A stretch of DNA of 64,000 nt, taken from positions 1,827,848 to 1,891,847 of the forward strand of contig JAUIEU010000001.1 of the NCBI GenBank assembly GCA_030429585.1, read 5' to 3'. Below, in pieces: positions 20,164 through 31,149 of this stretch. Position 1 is the first letter of the stretch; each line of letters begins with the position of its first letter. The translations under genes were made by a program, and so were the position numbers. The notes beneath the pieces are model-generated. The model was not told where the DNA came from, made no database searches, and saw nothing but the letters and a program-made list of their open reading frames with translations. Origin of the DNA: a bacterium (GTDB taxonomy: Bacteria > Cyanobacteriota > Vampirovibrionia > Vampirovibrionales > Vampirovibrionaceae).

Positions 20164-20733
20164 ATGTCATCTTCTCCTGATAAACCACCATCATCGTCAC
20201 CCGCTGGCCAATCGGCATCACCAATGGGGGTGGCGGAAGAAGTGCAACGCTTGATGATGTTGCCTCAATCCTTATGCAAGCAGCGGGGGTGTTGTTGCCG
20301 TGCTGTTACCTTTAAGGGCAGCTTAAGCGATGCAGAGCGTGCGGAACTGGCCAAAAAGCCTACGATGAACGGCGAACATGCCCGTGTGTTTGGCGATTTG
20401 TTTACCCCGTACCCGTCTCAGGAGGAAGTACCGGATGAATTTGGTGGCTTTGTAGACCGAGTGCGAGAAGCAGCCACTGCCAAAGGCAAAAACCCGGATG
20501 CAGTTAGTATTTATGCGTGTAAGTTTGTTCAGGCGGATGGCCGTTGTGGGGTGCATGAAGACCGGCCTACCGGCTGCCGGGCTTACCCTTCGGTGTATAA
20601 GGATGCGCTATTCCACCCTGGGTGTGGCTTTGAAGACCAAGCCCGAAGCCACTGGCAGCAGATTGAAACCCTCATCCGAGAGAAATTGGGCATGGATCCG
20701 GATATTTTATTTCAGCCAAATACTGACGAGTAA
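20164..20733 (+). CDS. YkgJ-family cysteine-cluster protein
   Basis: CKQRGCCC...CKF....RC.VHEDRP..CR.YP pattern; second Cys of CxxCxxCC is replaced by Arg. Confidence 0.8.
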   Translation: MSSSPDKPPSSSPAGQSASPMGVAEEVQRLMMLPQSLCKQRGCCCRAVTFKGSLSDAERAELAKKPTMNGEHARVFGDLFTPYPSQEEVPDEFGGFVDRVREAATAKGKNPDAVSIYACKFVQADGRCGVHEDRPTGCRAYPSVYKDALFHPGCGFEDQARSHWQQIETLIREKLGMDPDILFQPNTDE

Positions 20734-20773
20734 CGCCCATAACATCATGCTTGGGGCGGTGTTGGTTGGGGGC

Positions 20774-21235
20774 TTATTGGGCGTTCATGCCAAGCATCCA
20801 CAGGGCCATGGTTAGGATGTTGGTGACAATAAGGGCCACTATAATAATGCGGGCCCGCATAAGTAGTTTTCGCAGGCGGATGCGCTCGTGAGAGAACTCC
20901 TGGGAGGTGGAATCTAGCCGTTTGTTAAGGGTTTGCAGCAGGGTTTTAATGCGGTCTGGGGTTTGGGCCAGCTCGGTTTCCATTTCAACCCGGTCTGCCA
21001 CATGCACCGTTACAGGGGTTTTGGCTACCGCACTGGCGGAACGAAACCCTGCCGGGCCAAACAAGTACATTTCGCCAAACACTTCCCCTTCAGACAGGGT
21101 GGCCAGCACAATGGGGTTGGTTTTGCCCGTTTCTTTTTGGATGTCAACGCTGCCAGCTTCAATAAAATAGGTTTCGGTACCAAAGGTGCCTTCAGCCAGG
21201 ATTTTATCGCCAGGGTTGTAGGTGCGCGTGCCCAT
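20774..21235 (-). CDS. Cyclic-nucleotide-binding domain protein with C-terminal TM anchor
   Basis: G.VFGEM....RSASA cNMP motif; C-terminal hydrophobic helix; no HTH. Confidence 0.85.
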   Translation of the reverse strand: MGTRTYNPGDKILAEGTFGTETYFIEAGSVDIQKETGKTNPIVLATLSEGEVFGEMYLFGPAGFRSASAVAKTPVTVHVADRVEMETELAQTPDRIKTLLQTLNKRLDSTSQEFSHERIRLRKLLMRARIIIVALIVTNILTMALWMLGMNAQ

Positions 21236-21364
21236 TTAAACTGCCTAAGCCCCGTGTGCTGTGGCCTAAAAACGCAGGCCTATTAGCATGGGGATGGTAA
21301 ACAAATACAATTATTATTATAAACGAAAGGGCTCTTCCTGGCAGTGGGTTAGGCTAGGGTTCCC

Positions 21365-22366
21365 TTAGTTGGAGGAGGCTGCTGGTGAAAGGTGGTGAGG
21401 GGCGGTGGCGTGTGGGGCGTGTTCCACGGGGGTGGCTTTTTTACCAAACCGAAAGCCTAGCACCTTTTCCATAAATTGCTTAAACACATAGCCTGCAATG
21501 GTGGGGTTTTCCTTCAGGCGCCGAGTAGAATATTCGTACCATTGCTTACCGTAGGGCACATACACCCGTAGGGGGTGGCCGCTGGCCAATAATAGGTGGC
21601 GCAGTTCGGGGTCTACCCCAAGCAGCATCTGGAATTCATACTTATCCGGGTGGATTTTGTGCTTATCCAGCAAGCGGCAGGCTTCCCAGGTTAGGGTTTC
21701 ATCATGGGTGGCAATGCCCACGTAGGCTCCTCGGGTCATCATTTCTTCCATGACGAGGGTGTAGTTTTTGTTAATAATGTCGCGGTCTTTGTAGGCCAGG
21801 CGACGGGGCTCGTTGTAAATGCCCTTGCAAATGCGGAAGTTACCGGCGCGTTGGTCGCAGATATGGCGCACATCGCCTAGCGTGCGGCGCAGGTAAGCCT
21901 GCAATACAATGCCCACGTTGGTAAAATCCTTGCGCAGGGCTAGGTACAGGGCAATGGTGTCATCGGTGCAGGGGGTGTCTTCCATATCAATGCGCACAAA
22001 GTTGCCAAATTGGGCGGCGGTGGTTACCAAATCGCGGGTGAGTTGGGCGCAGACCTCTTTGTCTAGCAATAGCCCTAGGGCGGTTAGCTTAATGGAAATA
22101 GACGCCTGTAACCCAGCATTGTGGAAGGCCTCTAGCATGGCGCGGTAGTGGCGGGCGGTATCGTGGGCTTGGTCAATATGGGTAATAAATTCGCCGAGCA
22201 AATCCACGGTGCAGCGGGCCCCCTCGGCGTTTAGTTGGCGAACGGTGGCCAGCATGTCGTCCATGGTTTCGCCAGCCACGTAACTGCTGCTAACCGCTTT
22301 AACAATGGGCCGCGGAATAAGGGGTAGGCTGGCTACAAGTAGTTTATTAAACCAGGGTGCTGTCAT
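21365..22366 (-). CDS. Monofunctional proline dehydrogenase
   Basis: DLLGE, RIDMED, VLQAYLRR, R.CKG.Y.EP, IATHD, EFQML.G, VYVPYG..W..Y..RRL.E. Confidence 0.93.
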   Translation of the reverse strand: MTAPWFNKLLVASLPLIPRPIVKAVSSSYVAGETMDDMLATVRQLNAEGARCTVDLLGEFITHIDQAHDTARHYRAMLEAFHNAGLQASISIKLTALGLLLDKEVCAQLTRDLVTTAAQFGNFVRIDMEDTPCTDDTIALYLALRKDFTNVGIVLQAYLRRTLGDVRHICDQRAGNFRICKGIYNEPRRLAYKDRDIINKNYTLVMEEMMTRGAYVGIATHDETLTWEACRLLDKHKIHPDKYEFQMLLGVDPELRHLLLASGHPLRVYVPYGKQWYEYSTRRLKENPTIAGYVFKQFMEKVLGFRFGKKATPVEHAPHATAPHHLSPAASSN

Positions 22367-22641
22367 GGGTTGTCTGCGTCGCTCCCAAACATAATCAATA
22401 AAAATAAGGTTAAACAGGGGTGTCGGTAAGGTGGTATCTGTATCTTACCCCAACAAAAACGCTGTAATCCAGTCAATTGTTATTGTAGGTGATACGCATG
22501 TAACAAATAATACGGTTTAACCGGGGGCGGTAGGCCCTAGCCGTGCATGGTGGGCGGGTTTGTGGTACAAACCAACTACACGCTAAGCGCTTGTTTAGCC
22601 CAATTTTTTTAAGATGACTATTTTTTAAGGAACCCTTGCCA

Positions 22642-23472
22642 ATGACGACTGCTACCCTAACCCCAGATGCCACCACCCAAACGGAATCGTGGGCACCTAA
22701 CCTGTTAAAAGGCAAAGTTGGCGTTATTTTTGGGGTGGCCCACAAAACCAGTATTGCGTGGGCTATTGCTAAAGCACTACATGGTGCCGGCATGCAATTG
22801 GCCTTTACTTATCAGGGCGAGCGTTTAGAAAAAAACGTGCGTGAGCTGGTAGAGCCCACCATGGAAGGCAGCCTGATTGTGCCGTGTGATGTAACCGATG
22901 ACGCCCAAGTAGCGGCTGTATTTAAGCAAATTGATGATAAATATGGCAAGCTAGATACCTTGGTGCACAGTGTGGCTTTTAGTAAAAAAGAAGAGCTACA
23001 GGGCGAGTACATGAATACCACCCGCGAAGGCTTTGCCTTGGCCCACGATATTAGTGCCTATAGCCTAACGGCGATGACCAAAGCGGCCCGCCCGTTATTT
23101 GCCAAAGCCGGTGGTGGCAACATTATTACCATGACCTACCTGGGTGGCGAGCGTGTGGTACAGAACTACAACGTGATGGGTGTGGCCAAAGCCTCGTTAG
23201 AAATGAGCTTGCGCTATTTGGCCAAGGATTTAGGCCCAGAGAATGTGCGTGTGAATGGTATTAGTGCCGGGCCTATTAAAACCCTGGCTGCCCGTGGTAT
23301 TACCGGGTTTAGTACCATTTTAAACAAAATGGAAGAACTAACCCCCATGCAGCGCAACATTACCGCCGATGAAGTGGCTGGTACCGCTTTGTACCTGGCC
23401 AGCCCCATGTCTGGTGGCGTAACTGGTGAAGTGATCCACGTGGATGCTGGCTTCCACATGATGGGTTTTTAG
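22642..23472 (+). CDS. fabI: Enoyl-ACP reductase
   Basis: SIAW.IA, DISAYSL, YNVMGVAKASLE, ISAGPIKTLAA. Confidence 0.97.
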   Translation: MTTATLTPDATTQTESWAPNLLKGKVGVIFGVAHKTSIAWAIAKALHGAGMQLAFTYQGERLEKNVRELVEPTMEGSLIVPCDVTDDAQVAAVFKQIDDKYGKLDTLVHSVAFSKKEELQGEYMNTTREGFALAHDISAYSLTAMTKAARPLFAKAGGGNIITMTYLGGERVVQNYNVMGVAKASLEMSLRYLAKDLGPENVRVNGISAGPIKTLAARGITGFSTILNKMEELTPMQRNITADEVAGTALYLASPMSGGVTGEVIHVDAGFHMMGF

Positions 23473-23733
23473 AAACTGCGGCGATCTTCTCTAATTGCCC
23501 ATACTCCCTAGCATGATGATATTTTTGGCCTTGGCAATAAAAACAGGTTGCTGAGGCCATTTTTTGTAATAAAAAGTCCACCATGTGGCGGAAATTGAGG
23601 CAATCGTAAAGCAGCTTCCCTATCGGTGGGGGGTTTCTCTGGTATACTGGTTACAGGCACGTATGCCACTTGGATTGGTACTGATAGAGGGCCAACCCCT
23701 TATTTTCTCGGTTGATGGAGACCAGCCCCCGCC

Positions 23734-26226
23734 ATGTTTGAACGGTTTACAGAAAAAGCCATTAAAGTCATTATGCTGGCGCAAGAAGAAGCCCGCCGCC
23801 TAGGCCACAACTTTGTGGGTACCGAGCAAATTTTGCTGGGCCTAATTGGCGAAGGCACCGGCGTTGCCGCTAAAGTGCTGAAAGGTATGGGCGTCAATTT
23901 AAAAGAAGCCCGCGCCGAAGTAGAAAAGATTATTGGCCGCGGAAGCGGCTTTGTGGCGGTAGAAATCCCCTTTACCCCACGTGCCAAACGCGTGCTGGAA
24001 CTAAGCTGGGATGAAGCCCGCCAACTGGGCCATAACTATATTGGCACCGAGCATTTGCTGCTTGGCCTTATTCGCGAAGGCGAAGGCGTGGCTGCCCGTG
24101 TATTAGAAAACTTAGGCGTGGATCTGAATAAGGTTCGTAGCAATGTTATCCGCATGCTGGGCGAAAGCCGTGGTTCTGCCAGTGCGAGCCCGTCTACAGG
24201 CCGCAGCAAAACCCCTACGCTAGACGAATTTAGCACCGATTTAACCTTGGCTGCCGAAGAGCTTCGTTTAGACCCTGTGGTAGGCCGAGAAAAAGAAATT
24301 GAGCGTGTGGTACAAATTTTGGGCCGTCGTACCAAAAATAACCCTGTGCTAATTGGCGAGCCTGGTGTGGGTAAAACCGCCATTGCCGAAGGTTTGGCCC
24401 AGCGCATTGTTAATGCCGATGTGCCTGAAATGCTGCGCGATAAAAAAATCGTACAGTTGGATATTGGCTTGCTAGTAGCGGGTACCAAGTACCGTGGCGA
24501 ATTTGAAGAACGCCTAAAAAAGGTAATGGATGAAATTCGTCAGGCCAATAACATTATTTTGGTAATTGATGAAATGCACACGTTGGTAGGTGCTGGTGCT
24601 GCCGAAGGCGCCATTGATGCGGCCAACATCTTAAAGCCCGCGCTATCGCGTGGCGAGCTGCAAGTGATTGGTGCCACCACCATTAATGAATACCGTAAGC
24701 ACATCGAAAAAGATGCCGCTTTAGAGCGTCGTTTTCAGCCGGTAACGGTAGATGAGCCAAGCGTGGAAGATACCATCCAAATCCTGAAAGGGATTCGGGA
24801 AAAGTATGAATCGCATCACAAACTAAAAATTACCGATGATGCCTTGGTGGCATCGGCGAATTTATCCGACCGCTACATTAGCGACCGCTTTTTGCCCGAT
24901 AAAGCGGTAGATTTAATGGATGAAGCCGGCTCGCGGGTACGTTTAACCACCAGTGCCTTGCCCCCAGAAGGTAAAGAGCTGGAAAAAGAGCTAAAGGGCA
25001 TTGTGCGCGAAAAAGAACAGGCTATTCGCAACCAAGAGTTTGAAAAAGCGACGGAACTGCGTGATAGCGAAGCCAACATGCGCGAAAAAATTAAAGAAGT
25101 AAGCGATGCGTGGAAAAAAGAACTAGAAGCGCAAACCATTTTGGTAACCGAAGATGACATTATGCAGGTGGTCAGCACCTGGACAGGTATTCCGGTAACC
25201 AAGCTATCGCAAAGCGAGCAAGAAAAACTGCTAAAAATGGAAGACCTAATGCACGAGCGTGTTATTGGTCAGCATGATGCCGTAACGGCTATTTCTAAGG
25301 CCATTCGTCGTTCGCGTGTGGGCTTAAAAAGCCCAGACCGGCCCGTGGGTAGCTTTATCTTTAGCGGCCCTACTGGCGTGGGTAAAACCGAGCTAGCTAA
25401 AACCTTGGCCGATTACCTGTTTGGCAGCGAAGACAATGTTATCCGTGTGGATATGTCTGAATTTATGGAGCGCCACACCGTTAGTAAGCTGATTGGTTCG
25501 CCTCCTGGCTATGTCGGCCATGGCGAAGGCGGCCAGCTAACTGAGGCGGTACGCCGTAAGCCATACAGCGTGGTGCTATTTGATGAAATTGAAAAAGCCC
25601 ACCCTGATGTATTTAACATGTTGCTACAAATCTTGGATGACGGTCGCCTGACCGATTCTAAGGGGCGTAGCGTGGACTTTAAAAATACCATTATCATTAT
25701 GACCAGTAACGTAGGCGCCCGCGGCATTGAAAACCCGAATCGCCTAGGGTTTGGTGGCGCCGAAGACAGCGACGACGACCGTTACAACGTGATGAAAGAC
25801 AAAGTAATGGACGAGATGAAAAAGATGTTCCGCCCGGAATTCTTAAACCGTCTCGACGATATCATTATCTTCCAGCAGCTAAAGCAAGACGAAATCCGCT
25901 TGATTGTAGACATTATGCTGAAAGACCTGCTAAAGCGCTTGCTAGAGCGTGGCGTTACCCTAAATGTGCCTAACAGCGTTAAAGACTTTATGGCCGAAGA
26001 GGGTTACAGCCCGTCGTATGGTGCGCGTCCGTTGCGTCGTGTTATCCAAAAACGCATGGAAGATGAGCTCACTGACTTGTTGCTAATGGGTAAATTTGGC
26101 GAAGGCGATACCGTGAATGCCAAAGTTAAAGATAAGAAAATTGTCTTTGAAAAATCCCGTAAGCGCAGCAGCAGTAGCGATGGCGATGAATCGGAAGCCA
26201 CTACCGAAGAACCCGCTACCGTATAG
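23734..26226 (+). CDS. clpC: ATP-dependent Clp protease ATPase ClpC (cyanobacteria/plastid-like)
   Basis: N-terminus [37 protein letters not shown]; two Walker A motifs ([16 protein letters not shown]); UVR-like middle domain. Confidence 0.97.
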   Translation: MFERFTEKAIKVIMLAQEEARRLGHNFVGTEQILLGLIGEGTGVAAKVLKGMGVNLKEARAEVEKIIGRGSGFVAVEIPFTPRAKRVLELSWDEARQLGHNYIGTEHLLLGLIREGEGVAARVLENLGVDLNKVRSNVIRMLGESRGSASASPSTGRSKTPTLDEFSTDLTLAAEELRLDPVVGREKEIERVVQILGRRTKNNPVLIGEPGVGKTAIAEGLAQRIVNADVPEMLRDKKIVQLDIGLLVAGTKYRGEFEERLKKVMDEIRQANNIILVIDEMHTLVGAGAAEGAIDAANILKPALSRGELQVIGATTINEYRKHIEKDAALERRFQPVTVDEPSVEDTIQILKGIREKYESHHKLKITDDALVASANLSDRYISDRFLPDKAVDLMDEAGSRVRLTTSALPPEGKELEKELKGIVREKEQAIRNQEFEKATELRDSEANMREKIKEVSDAWKKELEAQTILVTEDDIMQVVSTWTGIPVTKLSQSEQEKLLKMEDLMHERVIGQHDAVTAISKAIRRSRVGLKSPDRPVGSFIFSGPTGVGKTELAKTLADYLFGSEDNVIRVDMSEFMERHTVSKLIGSPPGYVGHGEGGQLTEAVRRKPYSVVLFDEIEKAHPDVFNMLLQILDDGRLTDSKGRSVDFKNTIIIMTSNVGARGIENPNRLGFGGAEDSDDDRYNVMKDKVMDEMKKMFRPEFLNRLDDIIIFQQLKQDEIRLIVDIMLKDLLKRLLERGVTLNVPNSVKDFMAEEGYSPSYGARPLRRVIQKRMEDELTDLLLMGKFGEGDTVNAKVKDKKIVFEKSRKRSSSSDGDESEATTEEPATV

Positions 26227-26347
26227 CCCATTAGTGTTATAGCCGTTTTTGTAACTATGGCCATTGTTAACGGTGGGCATGTTACCGCTGTTGGCGGGCT
26301 TGGTTTACAATAAGGGCCTGTTAATTTGCACTGGGTACTTATTACAC

Positions 26348-27349
26348 ATGGATAACCCCTTAGGTGGTACCGGCTATTTGCCTGGCACAGCCAGCCCGCA
26401 ATGGGAAGGCAGCTGGTGGGTGCGCCTGCTTACCCCAGCCAACCTAATACTTGTTGCTGTGTTTATGGTGGTGGTGCCCTTGGTGCTGCTTACCGGCGAA
26501 AGCTTTGTTATCTCGCTGCTAGAGGCCTTTCAGGTACTTAATCTAAACGCAGAAACCGTCGTACGTTCTACCTTGCCGTGGCAGTATTACTTAAAGTTGG
26601 CCGTGTTTACCGTGTTTGCCTTAGGGTTACTGGGCTATTTGTTACTTCAAATTACCCTGCAACCGCTGATTCATTGGGCCACTACCTTTAGCCGCCCAGA
26701 TCCCCTGCATGTGGATTTTTCGCCAAGCCCGCAGGCTTCCGTAGGGGCGGTGTCTCGGTGGACTTTCCACCGTATGCTGGTGATTGCCTTGCCGCCGTTA
26801 TTACTGGTGGCCTTATCCATTGGGTTTGGGGTGCTAGGGCTTTCTATTATGAATACGGTGGTGGATTTGGCCACCATTGCCCTGCCCAGTGCCATTACCA
26901 TGTTTATGTTTATTGGCTTAATGCTGGGCGTTGTTACCGCCCTAACGTGCGCTAATGGCCTATGGCTAATGGTTACCACCGTGTTTGGCGATGTCGCTAC
27001 CCTAGCAGAACCGGACCTGCCCCCCCGCTTTGTGTTTGACCGCGTGCGCCGCATTGCCTTTTGCTCGCCGTTGGTGTGGGTGCTGTACCCCAGTGTGCTA
27101 CTGTTTTGGGCCTTTACCTTGTGGGCCATCATCGCCCTATTGGTTGGGTATGATGTAAGCCATGTATTGCAGTGGACCTTGCCTTGGCCGGTGGTGCTGT
27201 TGGTTGAACTCGTGTTAATTGGGGCGTACTTGGTACTGAACTACCTAACCTTGTTTACCTACCATCATGCCCTAACCCGGTACTACCGCCAGCTGCCCCC
27301 TGCGTTCCGAGACCGATTTAGCCGCCCAGAAGATATGGCAACCGTGTAA
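26348..27349 (+). CDS. Hypothetical polytopic membrane protein
   Basis: About six TM segments; start uncertain. Confidence 0.7.
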   Translation: MDNPLGGTGYLPGTASPQWEGSWWVRLLTPANLILVAVFMVVVPLVLLTGESFVISLLEAFQVLNLNAETVVRSTLPWQYYLKLAVFTVFALGLLGYLLLQITLQPLIHWATTFSRPDPLHVDFSPSPQASVGAVSRWTFHRMLVIALPPLLLVALSIGFGVLGLSIMNTVVDLATIALPSAITMFMFIGLMLGVVTALTCANGLWLMVTTVFGDVATLAEPDLPPRFVFDRVRRIAFCSPLVWVLYPSVLLFWAFTLWAIIALLVGYDVSHVLQWTLPWPVVLLVELVLIGAYLVLNYLTLFTYHHALTRYYRQLPPAFRDRFSRPEDMATV

Positions 27350-27404
27350 TACCCCATTTTTGTTGGCCACATGCGTAGGCCATGTAGGTGGCTCTCAATA
27401 GTGG

Positions 27405-27641
27405 CTACCCATTTCGGTTTTGCCGGTCCTTAACGCCAAAGGGGTTGTAAATAAAGGCGACAAATAGCAGCACATAGCCGGTCATTACCATGCCGCGGAA
27501 GCCATCCGGGGGGAGGAAGCCGAAGATGATAATGCCTAAGGCAAAAAAGCCAGTCATGCCTAGCATAACCTTTTCCATGGGGCGCAGCATGGGCTTGCGG
27601 GTGGCAGGGGGTGTTTTTGGTGTGGGGGTGGCGGGGTCCAT
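27405..27641 (-). CDS. Small two-TM hypothetical protein
   Basis: AGGAG SD before ATG; two hydrophobic helices. Confidence 0.65.
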   Translation of the reverse strand: MDPATPTPKTPPATRKPMLRPMEKVMLGMTGFFALGIIIFGFLPPDGFRGMVMTGYVLLFVAFIYNPFGVKDRQNRNG

Positions 27642-27733
27642 GGGGGTGGCTCTCCTGTAGGCGGTGGGTGGCAGGGGGTAGGAATAATGCTATTGTAATA
27701 GGCGCATAGCCTGTAAAAAAGCCTTTATTCCTG

Positions 27734-28696
27734 ATGATGAATGCCACCGACCCACTTAAAACCATGCCATACCAGCACCTAACGGTGGTGGGCGCGGGCC
27801 TAATTGGGGGCAGCTTTATTTTGGCGGCGCGGCAAACCTGCCCGTCTCTTCATATCCGTGCGGTGGATACCGATGAAGCCACTCTGCAATACTTATTAAA
27901 AGCCTCTGTGGTGGATGCTGTTAGCCGAGAGTTGCCGGCAGAGTGGCCGCCGAACCATTTGGTGGTATTGGCCACCCATTTGGATAGTAATATCGCCCTG
28001 TTGGAGCAGTTGGCCCCCCGCATTAAACACGACCCCACGGTGACGGTAACGGATATTGGTAGTTGCAAGCAGGCCGTTTGCCAGGCAGGCACGGCGTTAT
28101 TGCCTACTCAGTTTATTGGGGGCCACCCACTGGCTGGGCGAGAGGTTAGTGGTGTGCAGCATGCTACCGGGCTGCTGTTTGCCGGTAAACCGTATGTGTT
28201 GTGTGGCGATAGTAATGCCGAAAACGTTGTGGCCTTAAAAACCTTTATAGAAACCACCTTAAAGGCCCATATTGGGTTCCAAACCCCAGCGCACCATGAT
28301 TGGGCCATGGCCTATGTAAGCCATTTGCCCCAGCTGTATGCGGTGTTGCTTACCAACTTGCTGGCGGAGCATCGGCCAGGGGAGTTGCTAGGGTTCCACG
28401 GGGCGGGGATGGACGGGCAATTGCGTCTGGCGGCCAGCCCGTATGCCATGTGGCAGCCTATTTTTAGCCATAACCGACAGCATCTTAAAGAGGCCATCCG
28501 TGGGTGCCGAGAGTTGCTAGATGAAGCAGAAACCATGTTGACGGCACCTACAGGCCAAGGCGAGGCTTGGTTTGGGGCGGCCTTTGACAAGGCCAACACC
28601 ATTCACCGAGAGTTCCACGCTGTGCGCCAACAAGACCACCCACTGGTGGTGGATGACGGGCTTTCTACCACGGTGGACGACCCGACGGCGGGGTAG
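27734..28696 (+). CDS. tyrA: Prephenate/arogenate dehydrogenase
   Basis: GAGLIGGS, TDIGSCK, FIGGHPLAG.E.SG, HD...A.VSHLP. Confidence 0.92.
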   Translation: MMNATDPLKTMPYQHLTVVGAGLIGGSFILAARQTCPSLHIRAVDTDEATLQYLLKASVVDAVSRELPAEWPPNHLVVLATHLDSNIALLEQLAPRIKHDPTVTVTDIGSCKQAVCQAGTALLPTQFIGGHPLAGREVSGVQHATGLLFAGKPYVLCGDSNAENVVALKTFIETTLKAHIGFQTPAHHDWAMAYVSHLPQLYAVLLTNLLAEHRPGELLGFHGAGMDGQLRLAASPYAMWQPIFSHNRQHLKEAIRGCRELLDEAETMLTAPTGQGEAWFGAAFDKANTIHREFHAVRQQDHPLVVDDGLSTTVDDPTAG

Positions 28697-28789
28697 ATGG
28701 GTGGGGTGTTGCTAGGTAGGGGGCTAAGGGCCAGATTTGATCTTTAGGGGGTGTTGGGGTACAACTATGTGTCCAAACTCCAAATTGGT

Positions 28790-28865
28790 GGGGGATTGGC
28801 GCAGTTGGTAGCGCGTCTGCATGGCATGCAGAAGGTCACCGGTTCGAATCCGGTATCCTCCACCA
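28790..28865 (+). tRNA. tRNA-Ala (GGC), CCA encoded
   Basis: 76-nt cloverleaf with G3-U70, anticodon GGC, A32-U38; TTGATC-N17-TACAAC upstream. Confidence 0.97.
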
Positions 28866-28952
28866 TTTCGGTTTGTTTGCTTTTAGGGGGGCAATTTTAG
28901 TTGTTCAGGCCTGTTTGCTCACTATAGTTTGATACGTGAGAGACGGTTTTAC

Positions 28953-30815
28953 ATGTTTATTAATAATGCTCTTAATTATAGGGTTACTGCCCCCAGGCCA
29001 GTAAGCGTTCCCCCTTCAGTCAAGGTGGCGGCCACTGATCGGGTTACGGTACCGTTAGGCCGTTACCAATTGTTGCGCTTTGGTAGCTTGGATGCCCATA
29101 AAGCGGCAGAATTACGCACCTTTGCTACCCAGTGGCAGCCCCGAAAATTAGATGGTTATACTATCCATAATGAATTTTTTACCCCTTTTAAAACCATGGA
29201 TGCCGCGGCTTTAACCGAGTTGTTGGCCGACCTGGAAAATAAGGGTAGCTTTGATTTTCGTACCAATCCGGTTACTGGGTTGGTGCAAACTTCTGAAACG
29301 GATAACGCCCACATGTTGCGCCAGTGGTTTACGGATAGTTGCATGGTGGGTCACTTCCAACGCAAAAAACATCCGGGTATGTGGCGCAAAAACATGCTGA
29401 CCAACGCCGCTGCCCTTAACAGCCCGGACGCCATTAAAGCAGTAGAAAAAACGGTGGCTGACCCTGCGTGGTATAGAGAAGGCGGGTTGATGAACGGCGT
29501 GTTTCATATTTATTTACCTCGTTCCGTGGCTATGGATACAGATGGCTTGCCCAAACCAGAGGCTATTGAGCTGGATAAGACGTGGTTTAACCAAAAACGC
29601 TTGGCTTCTCAGGCCCTAATGCTGAACCATTTGGTGGATACTATTTTGGCAGGGCCTATAGCGCACCAGGGTGACGATGCTGCGCCTTGGGGCTTTACAG
29701 AAAAAGATTTGCAAGGGCGAGGTAAGGAGCTGGTGACGACGGCTATTGGTAATATGGCGCGTTACCTAATTGCTGTTAATACTGACCCTAAAACAGGTAA
29801 GCCTAATTTCAAAACCCCATCAGCCAGCTCGTGGGAAGAGGCCCCTTTTAAAGAGGGGATGACGTGGGATGCTGCCATTATGGTGGCGAGCTTAGAGAAA
29901 TTACAGCAATTATTAGAACTATCGCCATCGAATAAAAAATTAGCGACGCTGCAGAGTAAGATTAACGCCGCTGCGCCTACGGTAACGCCGGATCAGCTAA
30001 AGCGTTATATACAGGCAGGCCGCCAGTATGTGGCATCGCGCATTACGGCGCCGCTAAAGGCTGGTAAGGCCCCTGTACAAACCCCTAATCGGCCTTACGA
30101 TACTTCTTTAATGTTGTTGGCGGCGTCGGATTACCGGTTTGACCCGGAGGATACGTTAAGTGATGCCCGTACCCGGTTTAAGTTAATTAAGCAAACCAAG
30201 CAGGCCTTACTTGGCGAAAATGGGCTTCGGCGATACAACGAATACCAGCTAAAGGGCGAAACCCTGCACGATTCCTACCTGAACATTGCTTTTCATTTTC
30301 CAGATAAATTAAGACGTTTGGCGTTAAATATAGCCCCAGCTAAGGCGGGTAAAGAGTATGGCTCGGGGGATGCTAGTAGCGTGGATGATTTGAAGCAACG
30401 TCAGGCCTTGTCTAAATTTAAGCATACGGCAGAGTGGGGCCTAGGGCTGAGTGCCGGGTTACAGGGGCTAGTAAAGGTTAAAAACGATGTACTAACCACT
30501 GTAGAAGCCGGTAAACACGTGGCAGAAGCCACTGCATTGCTGGGCCAAGTCAATGAGGAAATTATCGATTTTATTAATCGAAATATAGCAGCGATACCTG
30601 GGCCAATGGCAGGTAACACACGTGTGCTAAGGGCGGATGGTACGGAATGCCCCCCTTACAAACCGTTAGAAGCGTATGAAGTGGTGCCGGATAATAATGG
30701 CCAACCAGTAAAAATTCCAGGGGCCCACACCTTGCCGTGGCATGCAGCCCAACTGTATGACGCGTTGCATCAGGTGATAGCGGCAGATAAGCGGGAGCAG
30801 AAATTAGCCGCTTAA
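28953..30815 (+). CDS. GH15 / phosphorylase-kinase-alpha-beta-like (alpha/alpha)6 protein with low-complexity N-terminal extension
   Basis: Motifs in GH15 order: WFTD, SSWEE, YDTSL, G..GLRRY..DSY, AEW, LEAY, TLPWHAA. Confidence 0.65.
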   Translation: MFINNALNYRVTAPRPVSVPPSVKVAATDRVTVPLGRYQLLRFGSLDAHKAAELRTFATQWQPRKLDGYTIHNEFFTPFKTMDAAALTELLADLENKGSFDFRTNPVTGLVQTSETDNAHMLRQWFTDSCMVGHFQRKKHPGMWRKNMLTNAAALNSPDAIKAVEKTVADPAWYREGGLMNGVFHIYLPRSVAMDTDGLPKPEAIELDKTWFNQKRLASQALMLNHLVDTILAGPIAHQGDDAAPWGFTEKDLQGRGKELVTTAIGNMARYLIAVNTDPKTGKPNFKTPSASSWEEAPFKEGMTWDAAIMVASLEKLQQLLELSPSNKKLATLQSKINAAAPTVTPDQLKRYIQAGRQYVASRITAPLKAGKAPVQTPNRPYDTSLMLLAASDYRFDPEDTLSDARTRFKLIKQTKQALLGENGLRRYNEYQLKGETLHDSYLNIAFHFPDKLRRLALNIAPAKAGKEYGSGDASSVDDLKQRQALSKFKHTAEWGLGLSAGLQGLVKVKNDVLTTVEAGKHVAEATALLGQVNEEIIDFINRNIAAIPGPMAGNTRVLRADGTECPPYKPLEAYEVVPDNNGQPVKIPGAHTLPWHAAQLYDALHQVIAADKREQKLAA

Positions 30816-30922
30816 AGATGGTTTTAAAGGTCAGGCGAAGGCATCGGGATCGTTTTGATTGGGTTTATGCTGTAAACTAAAGGGGTTGTTTACCCGTTAA
30901 TCCTAAATAAAGCTTTTTTGCC

Positions 30923-31135
30923 ATGACTGCCACTGATTCTTTAGCCGAACAAACCATCCCTCAAATTGTGGCCCAATACCCTCACACCGAGGCGGTGTTT
31001 CAACGCTTTGGCATTAACCCTGGCTATAAAGCCCTGCAGTTTGAAACCGTTACGGCCAGTGCCAAGGTAAACCAGGTGGATGAAGTGGCCCTAATGGCGG
31101 CCTTAAACGAAGCTGTGAGTGGCCCTGCCAACTAA
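30923..31135 (+). CDS. Small DUF542/ScdA_N (DUF1858)-like protein
   Basis: TI..IV..YP....VF..FGI pattern. Confidence 0.65.
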   Translation: MTATDSLAEQTIPQIVAQYPHTEAVFQRFGINPGYKALQFETVTASAKVNQVDEVALMAALNEAVSGPAN

Positions 31136-31149
31136 GGGTCTGCTGTTTT

